Source: Nitrosopumilaceae archaeon
Lineage (GTDB): Archaea; Thermoproteota; Nitrososphaeria; Nitrososphaerales; Nitrosopumilaceae
Assembly (NCBI GenBank): GCA_965200155.1
Contig: CBDATR010000005.1
Location: 35,138 to 99,137, forward strand
Direction: 5' to 3'
Length of the DNA: 64,000 bases
The notes below the pieces were generated by a model. It made no database searches, was not told the DNA's origin, and saw only the letters and a program-made list of their open reading frames with translations. This document shows, piece after piece, positions 43,013 through 54,597 of the stretch (positions within the stretch are counted from its first letter, which is position 1; the number at the start of each line of letters is the position of its first letter). The position numbers and the translations under genes are program-made.

Positions 43013-44026
43013 TTATGCGCGTGCAACCTTGATTAGGTTTGATATTTTTATGTCCATTCCAAATCTTGCTTCGTTCTTTTTCATGTATCGGTATATGGCC
43101 AGAACGTCAGGAAATGCTTTTAGCGCGTTAAAATTGTGGTGTATTTTCTTCCTAACAAACCCAAAAACTTTGTCATATATCGCATAGTGTTCCAGTACTG
43201 CACGCTCGTAGGCCTTGAAATCATGCATATTTTTTAGGAATATCTCTACGCATTGCATGCTGGGTATTATGCCCTCGCCAAGTAATGCATAAACCGTTCC
43301 TATAGATTCTCCAACTCCCACCACTTTGCCGTCATAGTGTGGCTTGCAATGGCTGGGGGTAGCTAATCTTATTGGCCTGCCTTTTGTAGCAAGGACTTTC
43401 CCGCCGTGTTTTTTTAGGAAATCATCTGTGGCCTTGACATGATTTTTGTTATAATCTCCTGCACCAATATGTGCCATGTTTTTACTCAATGGAAAATACC
43501 AGAAATATCCTGACATTCCCGGGAATGGTTCTATGTAGAAGTCATTGTATGGTGTGCCATTTTCGTACTCTACCTTATACTCATAGGTTGGCAAAAAGAA
43601 ATCTTTTTTGAGACGTGGGAGGTATGCGCGATGAAATCCGGTGCAGTCTACGATCATGTCATAATTATCATTAAGCCAACTCAGCTTTGGGGCTTGACCG
43701 TACACCACATCGGAGTCGCGTATAAAATCCTTGATTAATCCAAGTTTATTATAGGTGCACAATCCGTGTAATCCTATATCAAACTTGTTGCCGCCAGACA
43801 TCTTTACATCCATGCGTTGTCCGTCATGTATGAGAAAATCATCAAAGCTTCGATTGGTCTTGGAACAAAAGTCCTCCAATACACTCTTTATGGTGCCCCA
43901 TGCACATATGGAGTCATGACGAACTTCAGTATTGCGTTCATAGCCTGTTACTTTGTGTTCTGTATCGTGCAGTCTGGCCATGAGATAGCTGCCGGCCACT
44001 CCCATACCCATTACGGCTATTTTCAT
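43013..44026 (-). CDS. FAD-dependent oxidoreductase, geranylgeranyl reductase family
   Basis: GMGVAG Rossmann, GYFWYFP, VGESIG..LLGEGI. Confidence 0.88.
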   Translation of the reverse strand: MKIAVMGMGVAGSYLMARLHDTEHKVTGYERNTEVRHDSICAWGTIKSVLEDFCSKTNRSFDDFLIHDGQRMDVKMSGGNKFDIGLHGLCTYNKLGLIKDFIRDSDVVYGQAPKLSWLNDNYDMIVDCTGFHRAYLPRLKKDFFLPTYEYKVEYENGTPYNDFYIEPFPGMSGYFWYFPLSKNMAHIGAGDYNKNHVKATDDFLKKHGGKVLATKGRPIRLATPSHCKPHYDGKVVGVGESIGTVYALLGEGIIPSMQCVEIFLKNMHDFKAYERAVLEHYAIYDKVFGFVRKKIHHNFNALKAFPDVLAIYRYMKKNEARFGMDIKISNLIKVARA

Positions 44027-44288
44027 AGTCACTATACGTATACGTTCAATAAAAAACATGTGAGTGATGTCTCTACATTTACGTGCTTTAGAATGGATTC
44101 TTGAAAATACATCTGTATGACATTGCTTACACAATTACCTTATGAGTCACACATACAAGCTTATATGTCCAAATTTCCGTTCGATGCGTAATTGCAATTA
44201 ATATGACATGATTATAAGTCCAATAATTACACCACAACTGAAATTAAAAACTGCATACACTAAAATTGATCCTGTAATTATTGTTAAC

Positions 44289-45539
44289 ATGCGCGTCCTA
44301 GTGGTATTTGCCATACTTGCGGTATGTGTTGTCCCGGTGGCGTGGGGGGATTCGGTTTTGGGTACAACCAGTAAGGGTACACTGGATGTTAGGGTTACGC
44401 CAAGCGCAGAGAATATTGTTGTTGAGTTCCTGAATCCCAGTACAGACAGACTGCAAGAACATGTGGATTATGCACTGGCAGTATATAATGACGATATGGC
44501 ACTCTTTGGCCCTATACCACTAACACACACCACGCCTGGAAAGGTTACCATACCGGCGCAGCTGCTGGATGGCGTAAATACTGTGGATATATCGGTGCAC
44601 GGAATACTATTCATTCCCATAGAGGCGGAGACTGTGTCACTGGATGTGGTTTTGGGATCTGTAGGAACTACTGACCCTGTGGAGAGGGATGATGTTTTGG
44701 AGCAGGCGCTACCCAGCTGGATAAAGGTTACTACCGGATTGTGGGTACAGGATCAGATAGATGATCAGTCATTCATAAACGCGATAACATACCTGATAGG
44801 GGAAGGCATTATTATAGTACAGGCTGTTCCGGAGCAATCCGGCTCCGGTGGGCCCATTCCGGATTGGGTGAAAAGCACTGCGGGATACTGGTCTGAGAAT
44901 CTTATTTCGGATACTGAATTTTTGAACGCGTTACAATATCTGATATCCCAGGGAATCATAGTAGTACAGGATGTGACAGATGTTTCCATGTCTGTTGGCG
45001 GTGTGGATTTGTCTTTTGCATCTTCGGTGAAGGGGAGTCCTGATTCACCCATAACCATAATAGAGTTCGGGGATTACCAATGCCCCAACTGCAAAGCATG
45101 GTTTGAGAATACAAGACCCAGTATCGATTCCCAGTATGTGGATAGTGGGATTGCCCGCATATACTTTGTTGATTTGGCGTTCATAGGACCGGATTCCGTG
45201 CTCGCCGCGGCCGCGACATATTGCGCCCAGGATCAGGATATGTACTGGGAATTCCATAATCACATGTACGGCAATCAAAGGGGCATACAGGATGGGTGGG
45301 CATCCGGCGAAAGTTTAGTATCATACGCGTCTGATGTGGGACTGGATACGGAAAGATTTACCTCGTGTTTGGCCGAAGACCACACCGAACGTGTCTCGTT
45401 TAATGTTGAGCAAGCTGCGATAAATGGTATTACCCGTACACCATCATTCATTCTTGTAGGACCGGGTGGTGTAGCACAGATAGAGGGAAACCAGCCCTTT
45501 GCAACATTTGATAATACAATACAAGAGCTGCTGAACTGA
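44289..45539 (+). CDS. Exported DsbA-like thioredoxin with thaumarchaeal IPxWIK repeats
   Basis: Signal peptide, LPSWIK/IPDWVK repeats, EFGDYQCPNC, TPSF. Confidence 0.9.
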   Translation: MRVLVVFAILAVCVVPVAWGDSVLGTTSKGTLDVRVTPSAENIVVEFLNPSTDRLQEHVDYALAVYNDDMALFGPIPLTHTTPGKVTIPAQLLDGVNTVDISVHGILFIPIEAETVSLDVVLGSVGTTDPVERDDVLEQALPSWIKVTTGLWVQDQIDDQSFINAITYLIGEGIIIVQAVPEQSGSGGPIPDWVKSTAGYWSENLISDTEFLNALQYLISQGIIVVQDVTDVSMSVGGVDLSFASSVKGSPDSPITIIEFGDYQCPNCKAWFENTRPSIDSQYVDSGIARIYFVDLAFIGPDSVLAAAATYCAQDQDMYWEFHNHMYGNQRGIQDGWASGESLVSYASDVGLDTERFTSCLAEDHTERVSFNVEQAAINGITRTPSFILVGPGGVAQIEGNQPFATFDNTIQELLN

Positions 45540-45729
45540 CCTATCCTATAATAGACCTTATGCGCATGATTGACAGTAACAGCCTAGGTTGCTTCAAACT
45601 GGGATGTATTTTATGGCACACAATCAGTCAAGCATGAACAATGTTAATGGCACCTGCCAGCACTAACGTATGCCGTGTAGTGGGGTGACCGGATCTTGAT
45701 GACGTATATCATGAGTGAGCTAAACGGTT

Positions 45730-45821
45730 GTATGAGTTCACCTGTGTCTAAATTTACGCATAACTGATCGCTACAGTTAATGTGATTTATGCATAAGATT
45801 CCGGAAGACGTGAACTCATAC
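45730..45821 (-). mobile_element. 92-bp MITE
   Basis: TIRs; TSD AAACGGTT. Confidence 0.95.
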
Positions 45822-46169
45822 AAACGGTTACCACAAAACCCATTAATTTAGTGGATTTTCTGATGAATGATATTTGAATTATAATATCATGGAAATTATG
45901 GACAGATATTTTTCAAAAATTTCTTGTATCTGGTTTGCATAATGTGTAAATTATGCAACCCGGATACTACGAGTAGATCTTCCCGGAATTCCTCACGACT
46001 GCCATCATATACCTGACTTAATCTACGATATACCTTTAGCATTCGAATTACATGCTCGATTAATATGCGCCTTTTTGATACATATTGGTTGTATTTCCTT
46101 TCAGTGTTAGTGAGTGATTCCCTACCCCTGTATGGAATTATTACCTTTGCGCCGGGTAGGAAGGCTTTC

Positions 46170-46261
46170 GTGTGAGTTCACCTGTGTCTAAATTTACGCA
46201 TAACTGATCGCGACAGTTAATGTGATTTGTGCATAAGATTCCGGAAGACGTGAACTCATAC
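46170..46261 (-). mobile_element. 92-bp MITE
   Basis: TIRs; 7/8 TSD AGGCTTTC/AGTCTTTC. Confidence 0.93.
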
Positions 46262-46794
46262 AGTCTTTCATCCCCTGATATCCTGCATCTGCTATTACTG
46301 TTATCTTATCGGATGGTGGTGTGGTTGATTCTTTTAGGGACTTGCCCCATTTGCCGCCAGGGGGAATATCATTCTTGAATATGCCATAATCGTGTCTTTT
46401 TCCCTCATATACTCCACTGACGTGAATTATCAGTCTTTTCTTGTTTGATGTTATCTGTACGTTATACGTGTGGGTTTTTTGTTTACCAGAGTACATTGCC
46501 CCCTGATTTTTTTCAGGACGCTGTACGCGTACATGTGTCCCGTCAGTCTTTATCTCCCCTCCGGCTCGGCCTGGAACAATTTCCTTAAAGTCGGGTGTTG
46601 ACTTGATTTGCGATATTGCTTTTGCAACGGTATCGGCCGTTGGGATTATCTTGATCAGTCCCTGCTTTGTAAACTGGATGTAACGGCATGTGTTTGACTG
46701 GTTTATCTTGAGTATTGCAGCAAGAAGCTCCTGCTTTGTATTGCAGCGCAGGCGTATCAGTGTAACTAAGAGTACATGCCTGACCGGAAATTTG

Positions 46795-46886
46795 GTGTGA
46801 GTTCACCGGTGTCTAAATTTACGCACAACTGATCGCGACAGTTAATGTGATTTGTGCATAAGATTCCGGAAGACGTGAACTCATAC
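46795..46886 (-). mobile_element. 92-bp MITE
   Basis: TIRs; TSD GAAATTTG. Confidence 0.95.
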
Positions 46887-47188
46887 GAAATTTGTTCACG
46901 AGACCGCGATCATTTGTAAGTTCTAAGAATCGCCGTACATCATCACCTTCCAGGGACTCTACGTATTCTGTGAATCTGGTTAGTATCCATTTGAACTCTT
47001 CCGGAGTGCATCCGGTCAGGGAATGAAGCTGATCCTTGCGTTCTATGATGTCATCGAGATTTGAAACGAGGGCATTCTTTGTTTGAGCTTCAAGTTTGCC
47101 ACGCAGGTTTGTTACTTTGGCCTCGGACTCTGTGCGTGGCCGGTTGTACTCTATGACTAACTACTCCTTGGTGAGTTCTTCTGCTTTT

Positions 47189-47280
47189 GTATGAGTTCAC
47201 GTCTTCCGGAATCTTATGCACAAATCACATTAACTGTCGCGATCAGTTATGCGTAAATTTAGACACAGGTGAACTCATAC
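47189..47280 (+). mobile_element. 92-bp MITE
   Basis: TIRs; TSD CTGCTTTT. Confidence 0.95.
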
Positions 47281-47476
47281 CTGCTTTTAGCATACCTGGC
47301 ACTACAAAATTAGATCTTAACTTTTCTGTTTCACACGAGTCTGTTCAATAGTACGAAAAGTAAGTCCGCTTAGGATCCGGCGTACAGTAGCTGACTATTT
47401 CAGATTGCACAAGCCACGAAAGGCTATGGTAAAGAGAATAACAGAGGAATCAATAGTAAGACAGTGCAAAAGAGGC

Positions 47477-47587
47477 GTTGCCACAACCAAAATAGCTCAA
47501 GACCTAAACATCGCGAGTGGCAGTGAAATATATTCGCAATATGCATATGATGTTGCCACAACCAAAATAGCTCAAGACCTAAACATC
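47477..47587. repeat. Repeat-spacer-repeat: 36-bp duplication around a 39-bp insert
   Basis: GTTGCCACAACCAAAATAGCTCAAGACCTAAACATC twice; single in IS481 copies A-C. Confidence 0.92.
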
Positions 47588-48050
47588 AGTTCAAGACACG
47601 TACGAAGATTGTGAACCAGAGAACGGGAACGACTCAAGTAAAGATGGGCAGGCCCATGATACCAATCACCGCCACACAGATACGAATGGTAACTGAAGCA
47701 TACAGCAAGGATCCCGCCGGAGTAGTACGTATTGCAAAGAGGCTTAGACATAATACATACCACGCAGTATATCGCATAATGAAAAAGAACGGTACGGCAG
47801 GATCATCACCTGCAAAGTCAGAGTGGGTACGCTATGAGCGTAAATATTCCAATGCAATGTGGCACTGGCATGTCATGAAAGATGAGCGCTTCAGGGGACT
47901 GGATCTCATAGATGATGCATCCAGGTGTATAGTCGGAGCGGCACTTTGAGCATGCAACCTCAGAGAACGCCGTTCTATTACTGAGACTGGCAATGAAACG
48001 ATTCGGCGCCCCTGCATCTCGGATAACGGCGCGTGTTTCGTAGGACAATA

Positions 48051-48142
48051 GTGTGAGTTCACCTATGTCTAAATTTACGCATAACTGATCGCGACAGTTA
48101 ATGTGATTTGTGCATAAAATTCCGGAAGACGTGAACTCATAC
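48051..48142 (-). mobile_element. 92-bp MITE
   Basis: TIRs; TSD GGACAATA. Confidence 0.95.
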
Positions 48143-48869
48143 GGACAATAAAGTGGCAAAAAGAACTGGAAACCCACTATTCTAGGAAGAACTGCTGGAT
48201 CAAGACATCATACTAATCAATTCCAGGCCATACCACCCGCAGACAAATGGCAAACTGGAGCGCTTCCATAGAACGATTGAGGACGAGATATGGCATTATG
48301 ACAGTCTCCGGGATTATGTGGACTACTACAATGAGAGAAGATTGCACTTCTCACTGGATATAGATAACGGCGAAACGCCGCTTCAGGAATAAAAAGGCGA
48401 CCCAGACAATTAGGGCAAATGATGCAAAATGAATGGAGCGGGATGCCAATGACTAGCGGACCGACTTTTCATACATTACATTTCACACGAGTCTGTGTGG
48501 GAAAACCCATGATACTAGGTCAATTGTTCGTATCTAACAACTTGGTTTAGACGTGCAGGGTGGGAGAGGTGATTCTGCGCATACGGTCTATTATAGCATT
48601 TTTATGATACAATTTCCATTAAACATTGGCTATATAGATTCCTGCGTTATGGGAACGAGGCGAGTTACGCGCAGTATACGCGTCCTTTGCAAACTGTCAT
48701 GCATTACAAAATACTTGCGCATTCCCATATGGACCGGAGTGACAGCGCCGGAGAGAGCATGCAATTTTGGAGCGTAAGGGCTGGTACCGGTTTATCGTGA
48801 AAATGCGCAGTACTGGAATGCGGTATCACTCACAGCAATAATTAAGTGGCAATATTGTAATTTTATCAC

Positions 48870-49571
48870 ATGCAGTCTGTTATACTGGCTGGCGGTTTGG
48901 GTACGCGTCTACTGCCATATACCATGTTTCTACCCAAACCAATGCTGCCCCTAGGGGAAAAACCGCTTTTGGAGCACCTTATAGAATGGAATGTCCAGCA
49001 TGGCCTGGATGATATAGTCATATGCATAAGCTATCTGGGAAGGCTTATCGAGAACTATTTTGGTAATGGGGGGGAATTTGGCGTATCCATACAATACGCG
49101 AGATCCAAAAAACCGTTAGCTACCGCAGGTCAGCTTCATACGGCTCGCGATCTATTGGATGATACCTTTGTGTGCATGTATGGGGATTCTCTGTACGACT
49201 TTGATTTGGGCAGTATGATAAATGCCCATAGACACAACAGTGCATTCATCACCATGGCTTTGCACCGTCACACATCAACTATACCATACGGTGTAATAGA
49301 TACACATGCGGATGGCAGTGTACTGAGTTGGCGCGAAAAACCGAAAATCACAAACCAGATAAACGCGGGCTGCTATGTAATGGAGCCTGATATAATGAAG
49401 CACATACCAGCAGATGTGCCTTGGGGTATGGATGCCGTTATAAAATCCACCATGAATGATGGCAGCAAGGTTTACGGACATGTCTTTGAGGGCGACTTTA
49501 TAGATGTGGGAACACGCGATTCCTACGATACGCTGAGCCAAAAGTATAGGGAGAGGCTGAAAAATGTATGA
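48870..49571 (+). CDS. Sugar-phosphate nucleotidyltransferase
   Basis: ILAGGLGTRLLP..PKPML. Confidence 0.93.
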   Translation: MQSVILAGGLGTRLLPYTMFLPKPMLPLGEKPLLEHLIEWNVQHGLDDIVICISYLGRLIENYFGNGGEFGVSIQYARSKKPLATAGQLHTARDLLDDTFVCMYGDSLYDFDLGSMINAHRHNSAFITMALHRHTSTIPYGVIDTHADGSVLSWREKPKITNQINAGCYVMEPDIMKHIPADVPWGMDAVIKSTMNDGSKVYGHVFEGDFIDVGTRDSYDTLSQKYRERLKNV

Positions 49572-50046
49572 TAAATCCAAGAATGGGAGTTATACACAGG
49601 TGCCGGACAATCATAATATCGTAATACGGGATATCATTTCACAGGATATAGACAACGGTTTCCTGGAATCACTGGATTCATTGCGTACCGCAAGCAGTAT
49701 GGACAAGACTCGCGCTAGGTCAATACTCAGTGGAATAGAGAATGACCCCAATCACATAATAGCTGTGGCATCCATATCTGATATGGTGGTGGGTACGGCT
49801 ACCCTCTTGATAGAACAAAAGTTTATCCACAACGGTGGACTGGCGGGCCACATCGAGGATGTTGCCGTAGCGACCAAGTATCGGGGCAAGGGTATAGGCA
49901 GCATGATTGTGGAGTACCTTTTAGCGGTTGCCTACAAAAGGGGCTGCTACAGAACTACGCTGGACTGCCAACCATACCTGATACCATTTTACACAAAAAT
50001 GGGATTCAGGAGACACGCTGATACCATGCGTTATGATCATAACTAA
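49564..50046 (+). CDS. GNAT acetyltransferase, glucosamine-6-phosphate N-acetyltransferase-like
   Basis: EQKFIH..GHIEDVAV..RGKGIG, CYRTTLDC. Confidence 0.88.
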   Translation: MYDKSKNGSYTQVPDNHNIVIRDIISQDIDNGFLESLDSLRTASSMDKTRARSILSGIENDPNHIIAVASISDMVVGTATLLIEQKFIHNGGLAGHIEDVAVATKYRGKGIGSMIVEYLLAVAYKRGCYRTTLDCQPYLIPFYTKMGFRRHADTMRYDHN

Positions 50047-50483
50047 AGATAGTCTTTCCTGCGTTTACGCGCTCTTGTACGAAACAGCAGGGCACCAAAT
50101 ACCATCACCGGTACTGACACCGCCATGAACAGCGGGGGTGAGATGTCTGTGGCAGTGGTCACGTATGTGGGGTGTATGGAGTCCACCAGTGTATTACAAT
50201 ATGCCATGCCTGCCAGCAGGGCTCCTCCACCTCCGATTATCATGGAACCGGCAAACCGTGAACCATATCTTTTAGATAACAAGAATGACACCGCGGCCAT
50301 TATGGAAGCGGGAGCCACTCCGATGGAAATGAACTGCAGTATCTTGGGATCTGGCTCAAATATTATTCCCGACTCTATATCTTCTGGAGCCTGTAGCATG
50401 TAGTTGTATATGGTTGCCATCTCCCCCACAAACAACACAAAGAGCCCTAGACTGGCTACTGCTATCCACTTTTCCATGGCCAT
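50043..50483 (-). CDS. Conserved hypothetical membrane protein
   Basis: Four hydrophobic segments, basic C-terminus. Confidence 0.75.
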   Translation of the reverse strand: MAMEKWIAVASLGLFVLFVGEMATIYNYMLQAPEDIESGIIFEPDPKILQFISIGVAPASIMAAVSFLLSKRYGSRFAGSMIIGGGGALLAGMAYCNTLVDSIHPTYVTTATDISPPLFMAVSVPVMVFGALLFRTRARKRRKDYL

Positions 50484-50521
50484 TATGCTATAATACGTTG
50501 GTTTCTAAATAAACCATTAAG

Positions 50522-51460
50522 TCAATCTACTCCTACTATGGATACAAGCTCACTGCGCCCTGCCGCGCTGAGTCTCTTGACTACCTCTTCCGGCGACACA
50601 TCACACAGGGATATGCCAAAACCGTGCAGCAGGCTTGGTGATACTGGTGTCGATGGATATACCTCTATGTGCCAATGCAACTGAATGCGGTTCTTTGGTG
50701 GAAGACGCAGAACCAGGCTGTATGGGGCGTTATCCAGTATGGTGGCAAGACCCTTCAATAGGGCAGTCAGTATGAGCGCCAAGTCCTTGATCTCCTTCTG
50801 GCTTATGGAGAGAAATCGGACTCCGTGTCTCTTGGGAGCTATCCAAAACTCGTAGGGAAACGAGGGTGACCATGGGCAGAACGCAATAAAACTACCAGCC
50901 TCCAATATGTGGTTGTTTTTTTCTGTACCTGGTTTGATCATCTGGCATACATGACAGACGTCTAGGTTATTCTTTGCAATGTTGGCCATCTTGACCTCGT
51001 CAGTTATCGTCAATGGTACATCCTTGAACGTGACTACGTTCAGGTGTGGCACACAGCTGAAAGCGCTCATGTCTGCGTATATGGCCACATACTTGACATG
51101 CCTTCTTTCATACAATGATTCCACGGTATTCTGGGCTGCTACCAACATGTTTGTCCATTGTTGTTGGTCATCTATTCTGTCATCGCTTCCTGTCACCGTT
51201 AGCTCATAATGGTGACCAAAAGCGGGCTGGCTGGACATGGGGGCATCAGTGTACGTCTCCTTGGAATTGGTGGTGACTATTGGGTTACTACTTTTGTGAA
51301 TTAGTATGGTATAGTCGTTCTCTCTTCCAAAGGCGTTGTCCATCTTTTGTATATTGCCGTCCCTGTAGATGAGCAATTGTGCAGGCTCGTCCGTATCCGA
51401 CTCCTCGTCATAATGTCCCCTTATGATGGCAGTCTTCTTGTTTATGTGATTCTTTCGCAT
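50522..51460 (-). CDS. Galactose-1-phosphate uridylyltransferase-like protein (divergent)
   Basis: CHVC, FCPWSPSFPYEFWIAPKRH, HWHIEVYP; HxH motif reads VPH. Confidence 0.8.
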   Translation of the reverse strand: MRKNHINKKTAIIRGHYDEESDTDEPAQLLIYRDGNIQKMDNAFGRENDYTILIHKSSNPIVTTNSKETYTDAPMSSQPAFGHHYELTVTGSDDRIDDQQQWTNMLVAAQNTVESLYERRHVKYVAIYADMSAFSCVPHLNVVTFKDVPLTITDEVKMANIAKNNLDVCHVCQMIKPGTEKNNHILEAGSFIAFCPWSPSFPYEFWIAPKRHGVRFLSISQKEIKDLALILTALLKGLATILDNAPYSLVLRLPPKNRIQLHWHIEVYPSTPVSPSLLHGFGISLCDVSPEEVVKRLSAAGRSELVSIVGVD

Positions 51461-51796
51461 TAAACTCAATGGTATCAAGCATGCCGCGTGGTTGAAAAAT
51501 CTTTGGAGAGAATTTTCACATACCCCATTCCATGTTATCTGTGTGATTTCATATCTTCCGCAATCATATGATGGATGAGTCTGGGCATTGCTCAACCTGT
51601 CTATCGTACCCTTCTGTGGTGCGCCGTGCTCTTACACTGGTTGACGCTATACGCACAAATCATGCAATACTCCAATTGGTATGTGTTATGTGTATCTGAG
51701 CAACAAGTACGGTAATCATTCCCGCGTGACTAAGACGTTAACTCATGATACTACTGCTGGAAAATTTTATTATCTTTCATCACCTAAATTTTCCAC

Positions 51797-52933
51797 ATGC
51801 AAAATGCGGAGAACGTACAAAATCCTGTCATGGAACAGCAACAGAGGCTGCTTGTGATATGTGTTGACAGGGATAATGATGTGGGGGACAAGGCCAACAT
51901 AGAAACTCCGGTGTTCGGCCGCGATTCGTGTATTGAGGCTGCCCAGAGGTTGGCCCTGGAGGATCCCGAGGACGCGGACTCCAATACAATATTTGCCGCG
52001 ATAAAGACTTATGAAGACTTGGTAAGCAAGGGATATACCGCCGAGGTGGTCACCGTGGCCGGATCCGCAGATAGGGGTGTGGTTGCGGATGAAAAAATAC
52101 TGCGCGAGGTAAAGGAGCTCCTGACAAAGTTTCCTGCCACCGGTGCCATAATCATATCCGATGGGGAAGATGATGAATCTGTCATACCTGTAATACAGGG
52201 TGTCCTTCCAATAGTTTCAGTTAAACGGGTGGTGATGAAGGTAAGTCGTACCGTGGAGTACTCCTATGCTGTCCTGGGTAAGTATCTCAAGATGGTGGCA
52301 TACGACCCCAAGTATTCCAAGTTCTTTCTTGGATTGCCCGGCATCCTTTTACTCATAGGTGGCATAGGTAGCATATTCGGATATACTGCGGAAATATTTG
52401 CGGTTCTTGTGAGTGTGCTGGGTGGGGCCTTTGTTATACGCGCCTTTGATGTGGACAGAACCCTTTCCAACTGGACCAAGCCCACCCCCACGGGATTTGT
52501 TAGAATGTTTGCATTAATTGGCGGAGCCGTGTTGATACTGTCCTCTGTACCTGCCGGGCTTACCGCCCTGGATCCTGCCATATTCTCGTCCCAGATAGAC
52601 GTTGTGTCTGCAATGACTGACAGGGTGATACTGGGTCAGTTCGTGGCCGGTGCACTCCCAATACTGTGGGTGGGGATGGGCGCCATACTGTCTGGAATGC
52701 TACTTAGCAATATAATGGCCGGTTCCCACCGGCAAATAGGCGACATCCTGCGACTGGTGGTACTTGTATCACTATATCCCGCTGTGCACCAATTCACCAA
52801 TATTCTCGTATATGATGAGAGCTCCTTTTCTCTCATATTGCCCATAATGGGTGGCCTGGGAGTGACCGCGGTGGTGGCCACCATACTCTTCTGGAGAAAC
52901 CGCCGTAACAGAACAGTGGATAACGAAAGCTGA
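51797..52933 (+). CDS. DUF373 family membrane protein
   Basis: VICVDRDND, DPEDADSN, SDGEDDE and TM C-terminus. Confidence 0.9.
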   Translation: MQNAENVQNPVMEQQQRLLVICVDRDNDVGDKANIETPVFGRDSCIEAAQRLALEDPEDADSNTIFAAIKTYEDLVSKGYTAEVVTVAGSADRGVVADEKILREVKELLTKFPATGAIIISDGEDDESVIPVIQGVLPIVSVKRVVMKVSRTVEYSYAVLGKYLKMVAYDPKYSKFFLGLPGILLLIGGIGSIFGYTAEIFAVLVSVLGGAFVIRAFDVDRTLSNWTKPTPTGFVRMFALIGGAVLILSSVPAGLTALDPAIFSSQIDVVSAMTDRVILGQFVAGALPILWVGMGAILSGMLLSNIMAGSHRQIGDILRLVVLVSLYPAVHQFTNILVYDESSFSLILPIMGGLGVTAVVATILFWRNRRNRTVDNES

Positions 52934-52961
52934 ATAACCGACACTTGATCACTGGATTGTA

Positions 52962-53753
52962 ATGGGCAGACTGCGGGATCTTATTCTACGATACTCCCGA
53001 TTATACGATGTATATGCAAGGCGCCTTGAGCGGGAAATTCTGGGCGATGACATACCCGGTCACATAGCAATAATACTGGACGGAAACAGGCGGTGGGCCA
53101 AACGTCATATGAGTCAAAAGATGAAGGGACACTTTCAGGGAGCAGACGCGGTGGAGAATCTGTTGGAGTGGTGCAAGGAACTGGATATTCGCATTGTTAC
53201 ACTATACGTGCTCTCCACCGAGAACCTGTCCCGGGAGGGTGATGAGCTTTCATACCTGTACCAGCTAATAGAGCGACGGCTGTCCAAACTGTATCACGAC
53301 CCTCGCATACACAGGGATCGTATGCGAGTGCGGTCCATAGGGAAGACAGATATCCTTCCCGAATCTCTTCGAGACATACTGCATAGACTGGATGATGCCA
53401 CTATCGACTATGATATGCGCTACCTTAATGTCGCGCTAGCTTATGGGGGGCAAAGCGAGTTGGTGGATGCCATAAAAAAGATTGGTGCCAAGATAGTGAA
53501 TGGTGATTTGAATGTAAATGACATAAGCCCCAGCATTATAGAGTCCCATCTGTACACGTCATATCTGCCACAACCGTCCCCGGATCTCATACTTCGTACA
53601 TCCGGCGAGCAAAGACTAAGCGGATTTCTGCTCTGGCAGAGTGCATACAGCGAGCTGGTATTCATGGACATACTGTGGCCTGATTTTAGGAAGATTGATC
53701 TTTTGAGGGCTGTACGAATATACCAAAAGCGACGGCGACGAATGGGCAAGTAG
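52962..53753 (+). CDS. uppS: Polyprenyl diphosphate synthase (cis-prenyltransferase)
   Basis: HIAIILDGNRRWA, RTSGEQRLSGFLLWQ. Confidence 0.96.
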   Translation: MGRLRDLILRYSRLYDVYARRLEREILGDDIPGHIAIILDGNRRWAKRHMSQKMKGHFQGADAVENLLEWCKELDIRIVTLYVLSTENLSREGDELSYLYQLIERRLSKLYHDPRIHRDRMRVRSIGKTDILPESLRDILHRLDDATIDYDMRYLNVALAYGGQSELVDAIKKIGAKIVNGDLNVNDISPSIIESHLYTSYLPQPSPDLILRTSGEQRLSGFLLWQSAYSELVFMDILWPDFRKIDLLRAVRIYQKRRRRMGK

Positions 53754-53850
53754 GCGTATTCTCATGCCAGAGTGGTATGTGGCGAGTATATGGCCAGAGA
53801 CTTTTGGCAGTCACTATACCAATTTAAACGGGATGCGCACATTCCGTATC

Positions 53851-54270
53851 ATGGAAGTATCGGCGGGAGTTGTGCTAATCAGGAAGGAGAACGGAGTAAA
53901 CCTCTTCTTGCTGCTACAGTATCCTTCGGGACATTGGGACTTTATCAAGGGCCATAAAGAGAATGGTGAGACCGATATACAGACCGCCATTAGGGAGTCC
54001 GAGGAGGAGACCGGTATTCGCGACATACAGTTTCTGGACGGATTTGCAGAGCGTATACAATACGTGTACAAGAACAGGCATCGTCTAATACACAAGCGTG
54101 TGGTATTTCTGCTGGGCATTACAAATACCGCGGAGGTCAGTTTGTCTGATGAGCACCTGGAATTCCTGTGGACCGACTATGAGCAATCCGTACAACAGGT
54201 TACCTTCGGTAATGCCCGCCGTGTACTGTCCCGGGCTCAGGAGTTCCTGCGTGAGCGCAATATGCTATAG
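53851..54270 (+). CDS. NUDIX hydrolase (Ap4A hydrolase-like)
   Basis: WDFIKGH..GET..TAIRESEEETG Nudix box. Confidence 0.92.
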   Translation: MEVSAGVVLIRKENGVNLFLLLQYPSGHWDFIKGHKENGETDIQTAIRESEEETGIRDIQFLDGFAERIQYVYKNRHRLIHKRVVFLLGITNTAEVSLSDEHLEFLWTDYEQSVQQVTFGNARRVLSRAQEFLRERNML

Positions 54271-54597
54271 TGCCGTGACTTTGGTATAGAAAATTAAGGA
54301 ATTATATACATGGGTTACCTGTATATTCTCTTATATTTGCATAACTATTCCCAACTTTGTAAACACGTATTCGTGTTATCGGGTGTAGTTCGTTACACTA
54401 ATCCTGCGCCTCTTTCACCTTGGCATTCAATCCTGTCGCCATTCATGGTGGGTTCCGCACACAATCGTTCCCTGATGTAATCCAAGTTCGCATCCGGCCT
54501 CAGCCGCTCCAACATCACATCATCCATGGCTGTGCTGGATTCATCCTGCCACAGGTTCATAATGATATCGAATGGTTCCTATATCTGCCGAGAACCA

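Larger units (their letters stand above)
45896..47293 (-). pseudogene. IS5-like (DDE_Tnp_4) transposase interrupted by three MITEs
   Basis: YSGKQKTHT, HDY, ADAGYQG, RILIEHVI motifs. Confidence 0.82.
47345..48480 (+). mobile_element. IS481-family element, pseudogenised (copy D), 16-bp TSD
   Basis: TTTCACACGAGTCTGT at 47329-47344 and 48481-48496. Confidence 0.9.
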
